A DNA stretch of 64,000 nt, taken from contig DATEUA010000141.1 in assembly GCA_035283405.1 (NCBI GenBank), positions 8,984 to 72,983 of the forward strand, written 5' to 3'. Below the pieces are notes generated by a model that did not search any database, was not told where the DNA came from, and was given only the letters and a program-made list of their open reading frames with translations. Shown piece after piece: positions 36,225 through 45,797 of this stretch. Positions within the stretch are counted from its first letter, which is position 1, and each line of letters starts with the position of its first letter. Position numbers and translations under genes: made by a program. The stretch comes from Thermoplasmata archaeon. Its GTDB lineage: Archaea; Thermoplasmatota; Thermoplasmata; RBG-16-68-12.

Positions 36225-36671
36225 GTGAGCTACGACGAGCTTGCCGTGCGTCTCGAGAAGATCATCCGCTCCGGTAGCCGGCGAAAGGCGATCATGGAGT
36301 TCGTGTGCCGCGAGCTCCGGAAGGTGCCGCACTACTCCTGGGTGGGCATCTACGCCGTGGAGGGTACGGACCTCGTCCTCGAGGCGTGGTCGGGCCCGAG
36401 CGCGACACAACACACGCGGATTCCGTCGGGAGAGGGGATCTGCGGCGCTGCGGTCGAGGAAAAGTCCACAATCGTCGTGCCCGACGTGAGCAAGGACCCA
36501 AGATATCTGCCATGCTTCCTCAACACGCAGTCCGAAATTGTCGTCCCCGTGATGAAAGACGGGTCGGCGGTCGCGGAGATTGACATCGACTCGGAGCGAC
36601 TCGACGCGTTCAGCCCGACGGACCGCGCGTTCCTCGAGAGCGTATCGGAAGAGCTCGCCTCGATCGTGTGA
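36225..36671 (+). CDS. Stand-alone GAF-domain protein (free methionine-R-sulfoxide reductase MsrC/YebR-like)
   Basis: YSWVGIY, RIPSGEGICGAA, VPDV, SEIVVPV, EIDIDS, F..TDRAFLE. Start is GTG 36225 or ATG 36174. Confidence 0.85.
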   Translation: MSYDELAVRLEKIIRSGSRRKAIMEFVCRELRKVPHYSWVGIYAVEGTDLVLEAWSGPSATQHTRIPSGEGICGAAVEEKSTIVVPDVSKDPRYLPCFLNTQSEIVVPVMKDGSAVAEIDIDSERLDAFSPTDRAFLESVSEELASIV

Positions 36672-36764
36672 TGGTACCTTTTCGACGAATGTCCAACAAC
36701 CCTTATCCCCACACGAGGGTCGTCCGGTGATTACTCGAATGTCGCGAGGAGGTGCGAAGAGACA

Positions 36765-37028
36765 ATGGAGAAAACGGCTTGGATGGGCGTGATCGCCTCG
36801 GTCCTCGTCCTCGGAACTGCTGCGGGCGCCGGAGTGCCAGCGCTTCTCGGCGCCGATGCGAGCGGCCATCCGTCCCACGAGATGAACGGAGTGCCTCCGG
36901 GCCCTCCGGCATGGCTCGGCGACGAAGCGCCGTACGGTCCCGCGGAGTGGCTCAACGAGTCCGCTCCGTACGGACCGCCGACGTGGCTCGAGCTGCCGAA
37001 CGCCACCGAAGACGGCGACGCCCCATAA
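36765..37028 (+). CDS. Small secreted acidic protein with three GP(P/A)xWL repeats
   Basis: GGAGGTG SD upstream; signal peptide; GPPAWLGDEAPY / GPAEWLNESAPY / GPPTWL; T-rich tract downstream. Confidence 0.7.
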   Translation: MEKTAWMGVIASVLVLGTAAGAGVPALLGADASGHPSHEMNGVPPGPPAWLGDEAPYGPAEWLNESAPYGPPTWLELPNATEDGDAP

Positions 37029-37073
37029 TCCGGGACGCGCCGTCCTTTCCTTCTTTTGAGGGTCCTCTTCTGG

Positions 37074-37628
37074 TCAAACCCGGAACTCGCCCCACACCCG
37101 AATGAACGTATCCACCTGGTCGGCCGTCGCGAGCTCATACGTGGTCATGAGTCGAGCGACGGCTTTGGGGTCGCCGACCTTGTAACCGCGATCGGCCCCT
37201 TCGACCCGCTCGAGGACCCCCGTCGCATGCATCTTCTTGAGGTGGTGGGACAGGGTCGAAGGGGACACCGGGACCTTCGTCAGGATCTCCTTGTGCGTCG
37301 CGGATTCTCGTTCCATGAGGAACGCAAGGATCTTTAGGGGCACCGGCTGCCGGAGGAACGCAAGGAGTCTCTTCTGGACGTCCGTGAGGGCCGGCTTCGC
37401 GTCGACGTCTCCCGGCAAGGATCGAGGATAGTATCTCTTGTACTCCCCGTCCATCGTTGCGGAGAGCAGGTCGTGCTTCTCGAGGAACCGAAGGTGGTAG
37501 TCCGCGAGGGTGATCGACAGATCGAGAGCGCGCGCGATCTCCCGAAGGTGGAATCCCGGGTTTCTCCGCACGAACTCGTAGAGACTTCGCCGCGTCGTGA
37601 CGGCCAGGACGTCCTCGTCCATGGGCAT
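37074..37628 (-). CDS. ArsR-like regulator with two HTH domains
   Basis: RRSLYEFVRRNPGFHLREIARAL...YHLRFLEK...YKRYY and VSPSTLSHHLKKM. Confidence 0.85.
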   Translation of the reverse strand: MPMDEDVLAVTTRRSLYEFVRRNPGFHLREIARALDLSITLADYHLRFLEKHDLLSATMDGEYKRYYPRSLPGDVDAKPALTDVQKRLLAFLRQPVPLKILAFLMERESATHKEILTKVPVSPSTLSHHLKKMHATGVLERVEGADRGYKVGDPKAVARLMTTYELATADQVDTFIRVWGEFRV

Positions 37629-37638
37629 CCCGCGGCGC

Positions 37639-37905
37639 TCAGCGCCGCAGCGTGAACCCGTAGAACAGGACGAGGATCGCGAGGTCGAAGGCACCCCAGA
37701 CGACGATAAGGGTCGAGAGAGCGATGGGAGGGAAAAAGAGGGCCGCAATGAGGACGAGAGCCTTCACAAAGAAAATCCCGAACGCGATTCCCAGGAATAC
37801 GAGTTGCACGTCTCGGGTGCGACGCCACGCGAGCGTCGCGATGAACGTCAGGGTCAGGGCGAGGACCATGACCGCAGCGACGATCACGTTCTCGACGGCG
37901 ACCAC
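37639..37905 (-). CDS. Small 3-TM membrane protein, 10 nt upstream of the HTH gene
   Basis: Three hydrophobic segments; LAWRRTRD...FLGIAFGIFFVK. Confidence 0.7.
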   Translation of the reverse strand: MVAVENVIVAAVMVLALTLTFIATLAWRRTRDVQLVFLGIAFGIFFVKALVLIAALFFPPIALSTLIVVWGAFDLAILVLFYGFTLRR

Positions 37906-37951
37906 GGAATCACCGGGGCCCGGTAACGGGCGGCGATGTTAAGGTTTCCCC

Positions 37952-39034
37952 TCAGTCCTTTCGCCGCCGTCGCTTCGCGAGGATCATCGACGCGCCGACA
38001 ATCGTCGCGACCGCGACAAACGACGACACGAATACGACAGCGTCGCCAAGGGGGACCGGCGGCCGGATCAGGTCCTTGAAGGCCTGGCTCACGACTCCCA
38101 ACGTGGACACGTGGTAGACTGTCTGCTCCCTCGTGAGCCCGGCGGGGTACATCATGTACATCCGGTAAGGCCCCTGGGCGCCCTCGGGGACCGTCATGTT
38201 CGTCAAGCCCTGCGTACCGTTCACCGTGGCCTCGTTTGCCCACGAGAAGAACACAGTCGAGGGAGTCCCGGCGGGGCCGCCGGTCACGTTAATCCAACTC
38301 TCGTCGACGCTGAACCTGTTTCTCACGTCCCAGGGCAGGCCGCCGAAGATCATGTTATCGTCCGTGTCGACGGCGAGCTCGAGGCCCACCCGCGCCTCCG
38401 TGGAGGACAGCGTGTGGTTCGCCCAGAGGTCGAGTTTCACTTCCATGGGCGTCAGGATCTTGTCCTGCGCGACACGGAGGAACCGCTGCGCAACCACGAG
38501 GGTCAGCGTAACGCCACCGTCGTTGCTTCGAATCCGGAACCCGGCGACGTTCCCGCCGTCGGCGCTCGACGCGTTCCATCCTTCCACGGGCCTCGCGCCG
38601 AATCCACCGGAGCCAAGTGTGAGGACTGGAGTCACTTCCCCCGGGTCGACTGCACCGTTCTGAACGGAATCGCGCCACTCCACCAGGTTCATGATTTCGA
38701 GGGAATAGCGGGCTGCGACGCGCCCGGACGACGCGACCGGATAGTACTCCACGTCGAACTCGCCCTCCTCGTATCGGACGCGGAACTTGTCGTCGACCTC
38801 CGCACCGACGGACTGACTCGTGACGGAAAGACTGAACGGCGGGCTTGGGGGCTTGGGGAATGTCACGATGTCCAGGGTGCGTGCCGTCGCGTCTTCGATC
38901 TCATCCGGGATCTCATCCCCGTCCGAATCCCCCGCGATCGCGGTGCCCGACGCGAACACGAGCGCGGAGGCGGCCGTGACGGCGAAGAGCCAAGGGCGGA
39001 CCCGGAGGCGGAGGAAGCGGAGGCGCAACGGCAT
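37952..39034 (-). CDS. Secreted, C-terminally membrane-anchored hypothetical protein
   Basis: Signal peptide, DSDGDEIPD calcium-binding-like motif, N-X-S/T sequons, C-terminal TM + KRRRRKD. Confidence 0.75.
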   Translation of the reverse strand: MPLRLRFLRLRVRPWLFAVTAASALVFASGTAIAGDSDGDEIPDEIEDATARTLDIVTFPKPPSPPFSLSVTSQSVGAEVDDKFRVRYEEGEFDVEYYPVASSGRVAARYSLEIMNLVEWRDSVQNGAVDPGEVTPVLTLGSGGFGARPVEGWNASSADGGNVAGFRIRSNDGGVTLTLVVAQRFLRVAQDKILTPMEVKLDLWANHTLSSTEARVGLELAVDTDDNMIFGGLPWDVRNRFSVDESWINVTGGPAGTPSTVFFSWANEATVNGTQGLTNMTVPEGAQGPYRMYMMYPAGLTREQTVYHVSTLGVVSQAFKDLIRPPVPLGDAVVFVSSFVAVATIVGASMILAKRRRRKD

Positions 39035-39143
39035 TCGATTTCGAGGACCCTATAAAGACGTTATTCTACGCTTTTCGAAGCTCGGGAGCCCCCGGGGCCG
39101 AGCCTGACCCCTCGGCGGCGGTTCCGTGAATAGCGACGCACCG

Positions 39144-39365
39144 TCACTCGCGCACGACTTCGGCGAAGGCCATACGACGGTGAACGCGGGTGATCCGGAC
39201 CTTCACCTGATCGCCGATCTTGGTTCCCGGCACGAACACGACAAAGTTCTGGATCCGCGCCAGTCCGTCGCCCTCCCGCCCGATGTCCTCAATCTTGGCC
39301 TCGTAGACCTTCCCCTCTTCGACGGGGGTGCTCGACGGTCGGAAGCCAGAGCCGCTGTACGACAT
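39144..39365 (-). CDS. Single-TRAM-domain RNA chaperone
   Basis: PVEEGKVYEAKIEDIGREGDGLARIQNFVVFVPGTKIGDQVKVRI; alternative ATG at 39377. Confidence 0.9.
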   Translation of the reverse strand: MSYSGSGFRPSSTPVEEGKVYEAKIEDIGREGDGLARIQNFVVFVPGTKIGDQVKVRITRVHRRMAFAEVVRE

Positions 39366-39444
39366 CCGCTGCTCCATCCGGCGACCGCGCGTCGCCGACA
39401 CGGTTCGAATCCAAGTGTGCGTATTTAATGATGAGGGCTGGCCG

Positions 39445-39879
39445 CTAGGTCCCCTTAGGCGTCCCGACGTCATAGTCCGGCTCGACGGCGCGCGTGAGCC
39501 GCAGGGACAGAATCAGCATCACGATCCCGACGATGAGGACGATGAGGCCCACCGCGGAGACGAGTCGGTTCACCGAGCCGAACACTTCAAACGCGGTGAA
39601 CTCCTGGAACGGGATGCGAAGCACGTCGTGGACCCACGAGCCCAGGGCGATGCCGGGTCCACCGAAGAAGATGAGCGCGACACCCGCGTAGAACAAGATC
39701 TTCTCGCGGAACCCCCGCTTCTTTGCAACGGGCTTCTCCGGTTCCTTGGCGGGAACCTCGACCTCGGTCGTCTCCGCGGAGAACATCTCCCCGCAGCGCG
39801 GGCACTCCGTCGCTTCGAGAGAGACCTCGGCGCCGCAGCTCGGGCACTCCGCGATCGTCGCGGGCTCCTGAATCTGCAT
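39445..39879 (-). CDS. Double zinc-ribbon membrane protein
   Basis: CPSCG...CPRCG followed by two TM helices. Confidence 0.75.
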   Translation of the reverse strand: MQIQEPATIAECPSCGAEVSLEATECPRCGEMFSAETTEVEVPAKEPEKPVAKKRGFREKILFYAGVALIFFGGPGIALGSWVHDVLRIPFQEFTAFEVFGSVNRLVSAVGLIVLIVGIVMLILSLRLTRAVEPDYDVGTPKGT

Positions 39880-39994
39880 CGTCGGGTACCGTGCGCCCTC
39901 CCGCGCATATAGTCGTTTTGGCTTCCTTATCTGATCTGAAAACGAGGTCTGTCGGGTGACCTCGGCCTGCGGACTACGGCTGGGTTCCCAGGGC

Positions 39995-40285
39995 TCACAC
40001 GGCCGTCTTCGGCTTCACGAGCCAGGGGACGTGAACCTGACCCACGAGGTCGCGCCACTCCGCGGGCAAGGGCTTGCCCTCGTCGTCGCGGCGGTACCAG
40101 TCGTGGACGTGGTCGATCTTCACGTCCTTGCCCGTGACCGTGACCATGAGCGCGTTGCGGACGCTCGCGGCGGCTTCCGCGGCCACCTCGTTCTCGAAGA
40201 CCGCGGCGTACGGAGTCTGGGACATCCACCAGAGCACGAGGTAGTACGTCTTCTTCGCGGCTGCCCGTGTCCGCTTCGGCTTCAT
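39995..40285 (-). CDS. Hypothetical protein (96 aa)
   Basis: Fills the gap between neighbours, typical codon usage, TTTAT upstream, hairpin + T run downstream. Confidence 0.6.
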   Translation of the reverse strand: MKPKRTRAAAKKTYYLVLWWMSQTPYAAVFENEVAAEAAASVRNALMVTVTGKDVKIDHVHDWYRRDDEGKPLPAEWRDLVGQVHVPWLVKPKTAV

Positions 40286-40388
40286 CTCGATGCGGGTTGC
40301 CTCTGCCGGATTCCCGGCGAGATGTTACGACGAGGCTCGAAGGATAAAGGACTTCTCGGACGGTTCTCGGAAACGAGAATTAAGTACT

Positions 40389-41000
40389 TCAGTCTTCGAA
40401 CCAGACCCCGCACGCGCAGCGCAGGGCATCCGAGGACACGGGAGACCCGCAGCGGGGACACGAATAGCTCAGATGGGGCGATTCCTCGAAGCGCACTCCG
40501 CACACGGGACAGGCCCTGTCGAGGGTGGGGACGCGGGAGTCGCACTCGGGGCAGGGGAACGTCGCCTCGGACGCCGCGAACCGAACGCCGCACGCACAGC
40601 TGCGGGCGTCTTCCTCGACGAATCGGCCGCACGAGGGACATTGGAACATGGTCGTCTGGGCGGGGTCGAGCTGCAGGCGCTGGACGCTCGTCGAGATGTC
40701 GTGAACGCGGCCGAGATCGCGGAGGAGATCCGCAAGGGTCCGGGACGGGGTCGCGCTCGTCTCGAGGGGAGTCCTTCGCCGCGGAGCCGTGCTTATCCGG
40801 CTGATTGAGTACTCGCCGCCCGTGCCGCCCGCGAAGGCGGCGCCGCAGTTCTGGCATCGGTCCTCCGAGTAGGGGGTCATGCGGCGGCAACTCCAGCAGA
40901 GGATGCCCGGGGCCGGTCGGTCCGTGGAACGCGTCTCGCGGACCGGTGCGGCCACGCCTTGTCCTTCCGGCAACGGGACACTCCCTGATTGGTCCCGCAT
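40389..41000 (-). CDS. Multi zinc-ribbon protein
   Basis: CWSC, CQNC, CPSC, CAC, CPEC, CPVC, CPRC, CAC. Confidence 0.75.
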   Translation of the reverse strand: MRDQSGSVPLPEGQGVAAPVRETRSTDRPAPGILCWSCRRMTPYSEDRCQNCGAAFAGGTGGEYSISRISTAPRRRTPLETSATPSRTLADLLRDLGRVHDISTSVQRLQLDPAQTTMFQCPSCGRFVEEDARSCACGVRFAASEATFPCPECDSRVPTLDRACPVCGVRFEESPHLSYSCPRCGSPVSSDALRCACGVWFED

Positions 41001-41136
41001 ATGGAGTCCGCGCCGAATAAGCGATATCACGAAACTGGTCGGGCCTGATAATCAACCCTGAGAGACCCCGGCCCGGAAGGACCTGTGGAAAACCTCGAAT
41101 GGTTTAAGTGAACCAGCCCCTTGCGTGCCGTCCGCG

Positions 41137-43272
41137 ATGGCCCGCATCCTTGTGTGCGTCGCTTGGCCGTACGCCTCCGGACCGAGGCACATCGGTCACG
41201 CCGCCGCGACGTTCATCCCCGCGGACGTGTGCGCCCGCTACCACCGGCTGAAGGGCGACGAGGTCCTCGTCGTCGGCGGGACCGACATGCACGGGACCCC
41301 GACGATGGTCCGGGCGGACGAGGAGGGGGTCCCTGTGAGCGCCGTCTCGGAACGCTACCACGCCCTCCACGCGAAGAACATCGAACGGCTCGGGGTGCGG
41401 TACGACTTGTACTGGAACACGGCGGACCCCAGGCACAAGGCGTGGGTCCAGGAGATCTTCCAAACCCTTCACGCGAAAGGGCACATCTACGAGGCCACGA
41501 TGGTGTCCCCGTACTGCGCGACGGGGGAGCACTTCCTCCCGGACCGGTACGTCGAGGGCCGCTGTCCGAACTGCGGGAACCCTCGTGCGCGCGGCGATCA
41601 GTGCGATGCGTGCGGCCGCCTCTGGGACCCCTTCGAGCTAATCGAGCCCCGCTGCCGGGTCCACGGAACCCCGCCCGCGCCGAAAGAGACGAACCACGCG
41701 TTCTTCCGGCTCAGCGCGTTCCAAGAGCGCCTCGCCCGATGGATGGCAAGCGGCAAGGATCACTGGCGCCACCCCGTCGTCGGCGAGGCGAGCCGCTGGC
41801 TCAAGGAAGGCCTCCGAGACCGGCCCGTCACGAGGGACCTTGACTGGGGCATCGAGGTTCCTCTTCCCGGGTTCGAGACGAAACGGATCTACGTGTGGTT
41901 CGAAGCGGTCATGGGGTACTTGACCGCCACGAAGGAGTGGTATCGCCGCGCGGGCAAGCCGGACGGCTGGAAGGACTTCTGGCACGACCCCGAGGCCCGC
42001 CACTACTATTTCATCGGGAAGGACAACATCGTGTGGCACTGCATCGTCTGGCCCGCGATCCTGATGGGCACGGACGAGAACCTGACCCTGCCGTACGATG
42101 TACCGGCGACGCAGTTCATGAACATCTCCGGGGAGCGGATGAGCGCGGGACACGGTCGGGGCGTCTGGCTTCCCGACCTCCTCGAGCGGTTCGATTCGGA
42201 CCAGATCCGGTACTATTGCCTTGCGACGATGCCCGAGGCGAAAGACACGGAGTTCGCCTGGGAGGACTTCGCGAAGCGGAACAACAGCGAACTCCTCGCG
42301 GTGTACGGAAACTTCGCGCATCGCGCCCTCACGTTCGCGGAGAAGAACTTCGGTTCGCGGGTGCCGCCGCCGGGATTCCTCGATGCGACGGACCGCGCGA
42401 TGATCCGCGGAATCGAGGACCAGTGGAATAAGGTCGGCCAGAACCTCGAGTACGTCCATCTCAAGGACGCCGTGCGGGAGGCGATCCACCTCGCGCGACT
42501 CGGGAACCAGTACTTCGACCAGAAGGCGCCGTGGGATCTGCTGAAAAAGGACCGGGCCGCGTGCGGGACGGCGATCCACGTCGCCCTTCGGGTCTCGAGA
42601 GCCCTTGCGATCCTCATGGCGCCGTTCCTCCCGGCGAGTTCCGCACGGCTCTGGTTCGCGCTCGGCTACGACACGGACACCCAGGACGCCCGGTGGTCCG
42701 ACGCGCTCGAGGATCTCCCGGAAGGTCAAACGCTCCGGGTCGGGAAGCCCCTGTTCGCGAAGATCGACCTCGACGCAGGGGGCGCGGGCCCCGCGGACCG
42801 GTTCGATGTCCGCGTCGCGAGGATCGTGGACGTGAAGGAGCACCCGAACGCGGACAAGCTGTACGTCCTCCAGGTGGACCTCGGGGACGAGCGGCGCCAG
42901 ATCGTCGCCGGAATCCGGGAACAATACAGCGCCTCCGACTTGGTCGGCCGGGGAGTCGCGCTCCTCGTGAACCTGGAACCCGCGATGCTTCGGGGAATCC
43001 CGAGCGCGGGCATGTTGCTCGCGGGCGAGGACGAAAAGGACGTCGGACTCGTGCTCGTGCCCCACGACGCGGTCCTTGGGAGCCAGATCCTCGGCGTGCG
43101 AGGGGCCGCGAGGCTGCCGTTCTCCGAGTTCCAGAAATTCCGACTCCAGGTCGGCCAGGGCGGTGTCGTATGGTTCCTCGGAACCTCCGGCGAGGTCCGG
43201 ATCCCTCTTCGGGCGGGAGCCGCAGACCTCACGGTCGACAAAGGACTGAAGGAAGGCACTCGGGTCCACTGA
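41137..43272 (+). CDS. metG: Methionine--tRNA ligase with C-terminal tRNA-binding OB domain
   Basis: AWPYASGPRHIGH, GTDMHGTP, zinc knuckles, YVWFEA, FIGKDN, HPNADKL. Confidence 0.96.
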   Translation: MARILVCVAWPYASGPRHIGHAAATFIPADVCARYHRLKGDEVLVVGGTDMHGTPTMVRADEEGVPVSAVSERYHALHAKNIERLGVRYDLYWNTADPRHKAWVQEIFQTLHAKGHIYEATMVSPYCATGEHFLPDRYVEGRCPNCGNPRARGDQCDACGRLWDPFELIEPRCRVHGTPPAPKETNHAFFRLSAFQERLARWMASGKDHWRHPVVGEASRWLKEGLRDRPVTRDLDWGIEVPLPGFETKRIYVWFEAVMGYLTATKEWYRRAGKPDGWKDFWHDPEARHYYFIGKDNIVWHCIVWPAILMGTDENLTLPYDVPATQFMNISGERMSAGHGRGVWLPDLLERFDSDQIRYYCLATMPEAKDTEFAWEDFAKRNNSELLAVYGNFAHRALTFAEKNFGSRVPPPGFLDATDRAMIRGIEDQWNKVGQNLEYVHLKDAVREAIHLARLGNQYFDQKAPWDLLKKDRAACGTAIHVALRVSRALAILMAPFLPASSARLWFALGYDTDTQDARWSDALEDLPEGQTLRVGKPLFAKIDLDAGGAGPADRFDVRVARIVDVKEHPNADKLYVLQVDLGDERRQIVAGIREQYSASDLVGRGVALLVNLEPAMLRGIPSAGMLLAGEDEKDVGLVLVPHDAVLGSQILGVRGAARLPFSEFQKFRLQVGQGGVVWFLGTSGEVRIPLRAGAADLTVDKGLKEGTRVH

Positions 43273-43273
43273 G

Positions 43274-43708
43274 TCATCCGCCCGCGGCGACCGCCACCCC
43301 GAACGCGACGACGCGGAGCGCGAGGGCCAGAACGAGCGCACGGGCGATCGGTTCGAGATCCGCCATCACGTCGTCCAGCCGAACACCGCTCATCGTCGGG
43401 GTCCCGGAGGCGACGATCCTCGTCCCCTCCGTGATCGTGAAGTGGCCCCATAACATACGCCCGACGGCATACCGCCGCCCCCTCCACTCAAAGGATGTCC
43501 TCCTCCATCGGAACCTGATGTCGAGGGTCCCGTCGATCGTCACGACGGAGATCCGGTCCCGCAGCCCGTCGTAGAGGACCCGTCCCACTTCGGACCCCCC
43601 GGGCAGGGGGAGGGAACGCCATCCGCCGCTCTCCCGCCGAACCGCGATCGGTATCCCTCGGTCGAGGACGGTGTCCCGCAGGAGTCCGATGCGGGCTTCG
43701 AGGACCAT
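43274..43708 (-). CDS. Hypothetical protein
   Basis: Fills the gap convergent with metG; no recognised motif. Confidence 0.5.
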   Translation of the reverse strand: MVLEARIGLLRDTVLDRGIPIAVRRESGGWRSLPLPGGSEVGRVLYDGLRDRISVVTIDGTLDIRFRWRRTSFEWRGRRYAVGRMLWGHFTITEGTRIVASGTPTMSGVRLDDVMADLEPIARALVLALALRVVAFGVAVAAGG

Positions 43709-43797
43709 CTGGACCGCAACGGCCCCAGGGACGTCAAGCCGTCGTCGGGCCGCCGCCGCAAGACTTTAGAACGAGGGGCCTTTCTGCGAGCGCTTTC

Positions 43798-44460
43798 ATG
43801 CGCCTCGACCTGCACAGCCACACGAAATTCAGCCCCGACTCTCGGACCGAGCCGCGGGAGCTCGTCGCCGCCGCACGCCGGCTCGGGCTCGATGGACTTG
43901 CCATCACGGACCACAATGCGGTGGCGGGAATCGAGGCCGCCCGTGACGCCGCCGCGCCGGGCTTCCTCCTCATTCCCGGCACGGAGGTCTCGACACACGA
44001 TGGCCATGTCCTCGCCCTCGGGGTCCGAGAGACGGTCCCGCGGAGCCTGCCCGTCTCAGAGACAATCGATCGCATCGTCGCGCTCGGCGGCGTACCGGTT
44101 GCGGCCCATCCGTACCGGTTCTGGTCCGGCCTCGGGGAGGCATCCACGATCCGCGCGCGCTTCCCGGCCTACGAGACCGCGAACGCGCGGACCCTCCGGC
44201 GGGGGAACGTCCGAGCGCAAATCCTCGCGCAGGCCCAAATCGTTGGGGTGACCGGCGGGAGCGATGCACATTTCCTCGACGAAATCGGGGGCGCAATCAC
44301 GTTCATCGACGAGGGCGTGACGGACGTCGACTCGGTATTGGAGGCCATCGTGCACGCGAGGACGCGAGCGCAGGGGTCCGGTCGAGGAGCAGGGGGGACG
44401 GTCCGATACGTCACGAAGTGCGTCGGAGAATGGTTCCTCCGCGGCATGCGTCGGATTTGA
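43798..44460 (+). CDS. PHP-domain metal-dependent phosphoesterase
   Basis: DLHSHT..SPDS, AITDHN, GTEVST, AHP, GGSDAH. Confidence 0.9.
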   Translation: MRLDLHSHTKFSPDSRTEPRELVAAARRLGLDGLAITDHNAVAGIEAARDAAAPGFLLIPGTEVSTHDGHVLALGVRETVPRSLPVSETIDRIVALGGVPVAAHPYRFWSGLGEASTIRARFPAYETANARTLRRGNVRAQILAQAQIVGVTGGSDAHFLDEIGGAITFIDEGVTDVDSVLEAIVHARTRAQGSGRGAGGTVRYVTKCVGEWFLRGMRRI

Positions 44461-44461
44461 C

Positions 44462-44821
44462 CTAGAGGTATTCCTCAATCCGTCTCGCGTACTTCTCCAG
44501 GTTCTGTCGTAGTTGGACGAGGTCCTTGTCCTTGGGGGTGCGGACGACGAAGAGGGCCTTCGAGCCGTGGTTGATGATGACGAGCCGACTCGTCTCCATG
44601 TTGATGACGACGCTGTCGAGGCGCTCCTTGAGCTCGGACCGAGCGGTCTCTGCCGCCCCCAGGATGATCGCGAACATCGCGACGAAGGTGTCCGAATGAG
44701 CACCCTGCGGGACGTTCCCTGCGATGTGCGCGCCGCTGTGCGACACCAAGACGACGTCGTCGACGCCGGCGTCCTTCTCGATCTCGTGGAGGATGGACTC
44801 GATCGCAACGGGGTCCGACAT
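44462..44821 (-). CDS. Roadblock/LC7 (MglB-like) protein
   Basis: GVDDVVLVSHSGAHIAG, FVAMFAIILGAAETARSEL, strand pattern; GGAA-type SD upstream. Confidence 0.85.
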   Translation of the reverse strand: MSDPVAIESILHEIEKDAGVDDVVLVSHSGAHIAGNVPQGAHSDTFVAMFAIILGAAETARSELKERLDSVVINMETSRLVIINHGSKALFVVRTPKDKDLVQLRQNLEKYARRIEEYL

Positions 44822-44919
44822 GGTTGGTTCCTGACCTCTGGAAGAAGGCGGGTCGCCCCTATTGCATGGAAGCGGAATTAATACCTTTCCGTCCGAGTGC
44901 CCGCATCGGAGAACCGGAC

Positions 44920-45327
44920 TCAGAGACCTTTCATGAGTTCGTACATCGCGACGACCGAATCCACGGCGCGGGCCGCGTTGCGGATCCGTTCGATCGCCTG
45001 CTCGTCCGTTACGCCTGGCCCCGTGATCCCGAGCCCGACAGGCTTCGATTCCCTCAATCCGAGTTCCAGCAAGGCAGGGCAGACGGCGGCCATGATCGCC
45101 TCGTCGTGCAGGGTCTCCCCTTTAATCACCGCGCCGATCGCGACCACGGCGTCCACATCGTCCCGCCGAAGGAGTGCCTGGACCGCGAGCGGAATCTCGA
45201 ACGCCCCCGGGACGCGGACGACCGTCGAGACGCGGACGTTCCGATCCTTCGCCTGCTCGAGCGCGCTTTCCACCATCCGATCCGTGACCTCGGCGTTGAA
45301 CTGGGCGGCGACGATCGCGAGCCTCAT
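44920..45327 (-). CDS. ribH: 6,7-dimethyl-8-ribityllumazine synthase
   Basis: IVAAQFN, VPGAFEIP, IGAVIKGETLHD, KPVGLGITGPG. Confidence 0.93.
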   Translation of the reverse strand: MRLAIVAAQFNAEVTDRMVESALEQAKDRNVRVSTVVRVPGAFEIPLAVQALLRRDDVDAVVAIGAVIKGETLHDEAIMAAVCPALLELGLRESKPVGLGITGPGVTDEQAIERIRNAARAVDSVVAMYELMKGL

Positions 45328-45797
45328 ACCACCCGCTCCTTCAGGGGCCCCGCGTCGGGGAAGCCTTCCCTCTGTCCCGTGCCCGCGCGCGCCCGAATCG
45401 CCTCCGGCCGGAAGAGGAGATCGTACGCGTTCATCGCGTGCTCGCGTGTCCGCCGATCGAAGAGCCATGCGAGTCGAGGCTCGTCGTCGGCCTCCTCCTC
45501 ATGGACCATCACCCCGAGGATGTGCCTTCCCACCCGAGCCTGCACGGACTGGAGACCGAAGTCGGCGGCGAGGGCACAGTCCTTGTCCACTTTCTCCCGA
45601 CCGACCATGCCGAGGGCGATCACGAGGTCGCACCCGCGGTCGAAAAGGATCCGCGCGCCCGCGGCAAGGTCCTTGATTCCCGGGACTGTGTACCGGTCCA
45701 CCGTGAAGCCGCCCCCCTGCGCCCGCAGTTCGTCGATGGCCGCCGCGGCCATGTCGTAGCGCGCGAAGCTCGTGTCGACGATCCCGATCCGTTTCAG
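45324..45797 (-). CDS. ribC: Archaeal-type riboflavin synthase (apparent CTG start)
   Basis: KRIGIVDTSFARYDM, YTVPGIKDL, GCDLVIALGM, VMVHEEE, GQREG. Confidence 0.88.
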   Translation of the reverse strand: MKRIGIVDTSFARYDMAAAAIDELRAQGGGFTVDRYTVPGIKDLAAGARILFDRGCDLVIALGMVGREKVDKDCALAADFGLQSVQARVGRHILGVMVHEEEADDEPRLAWLFDRRTREHAMNAYDLLFRPEAIRARAGTGQREGFPDAGPLKERVV

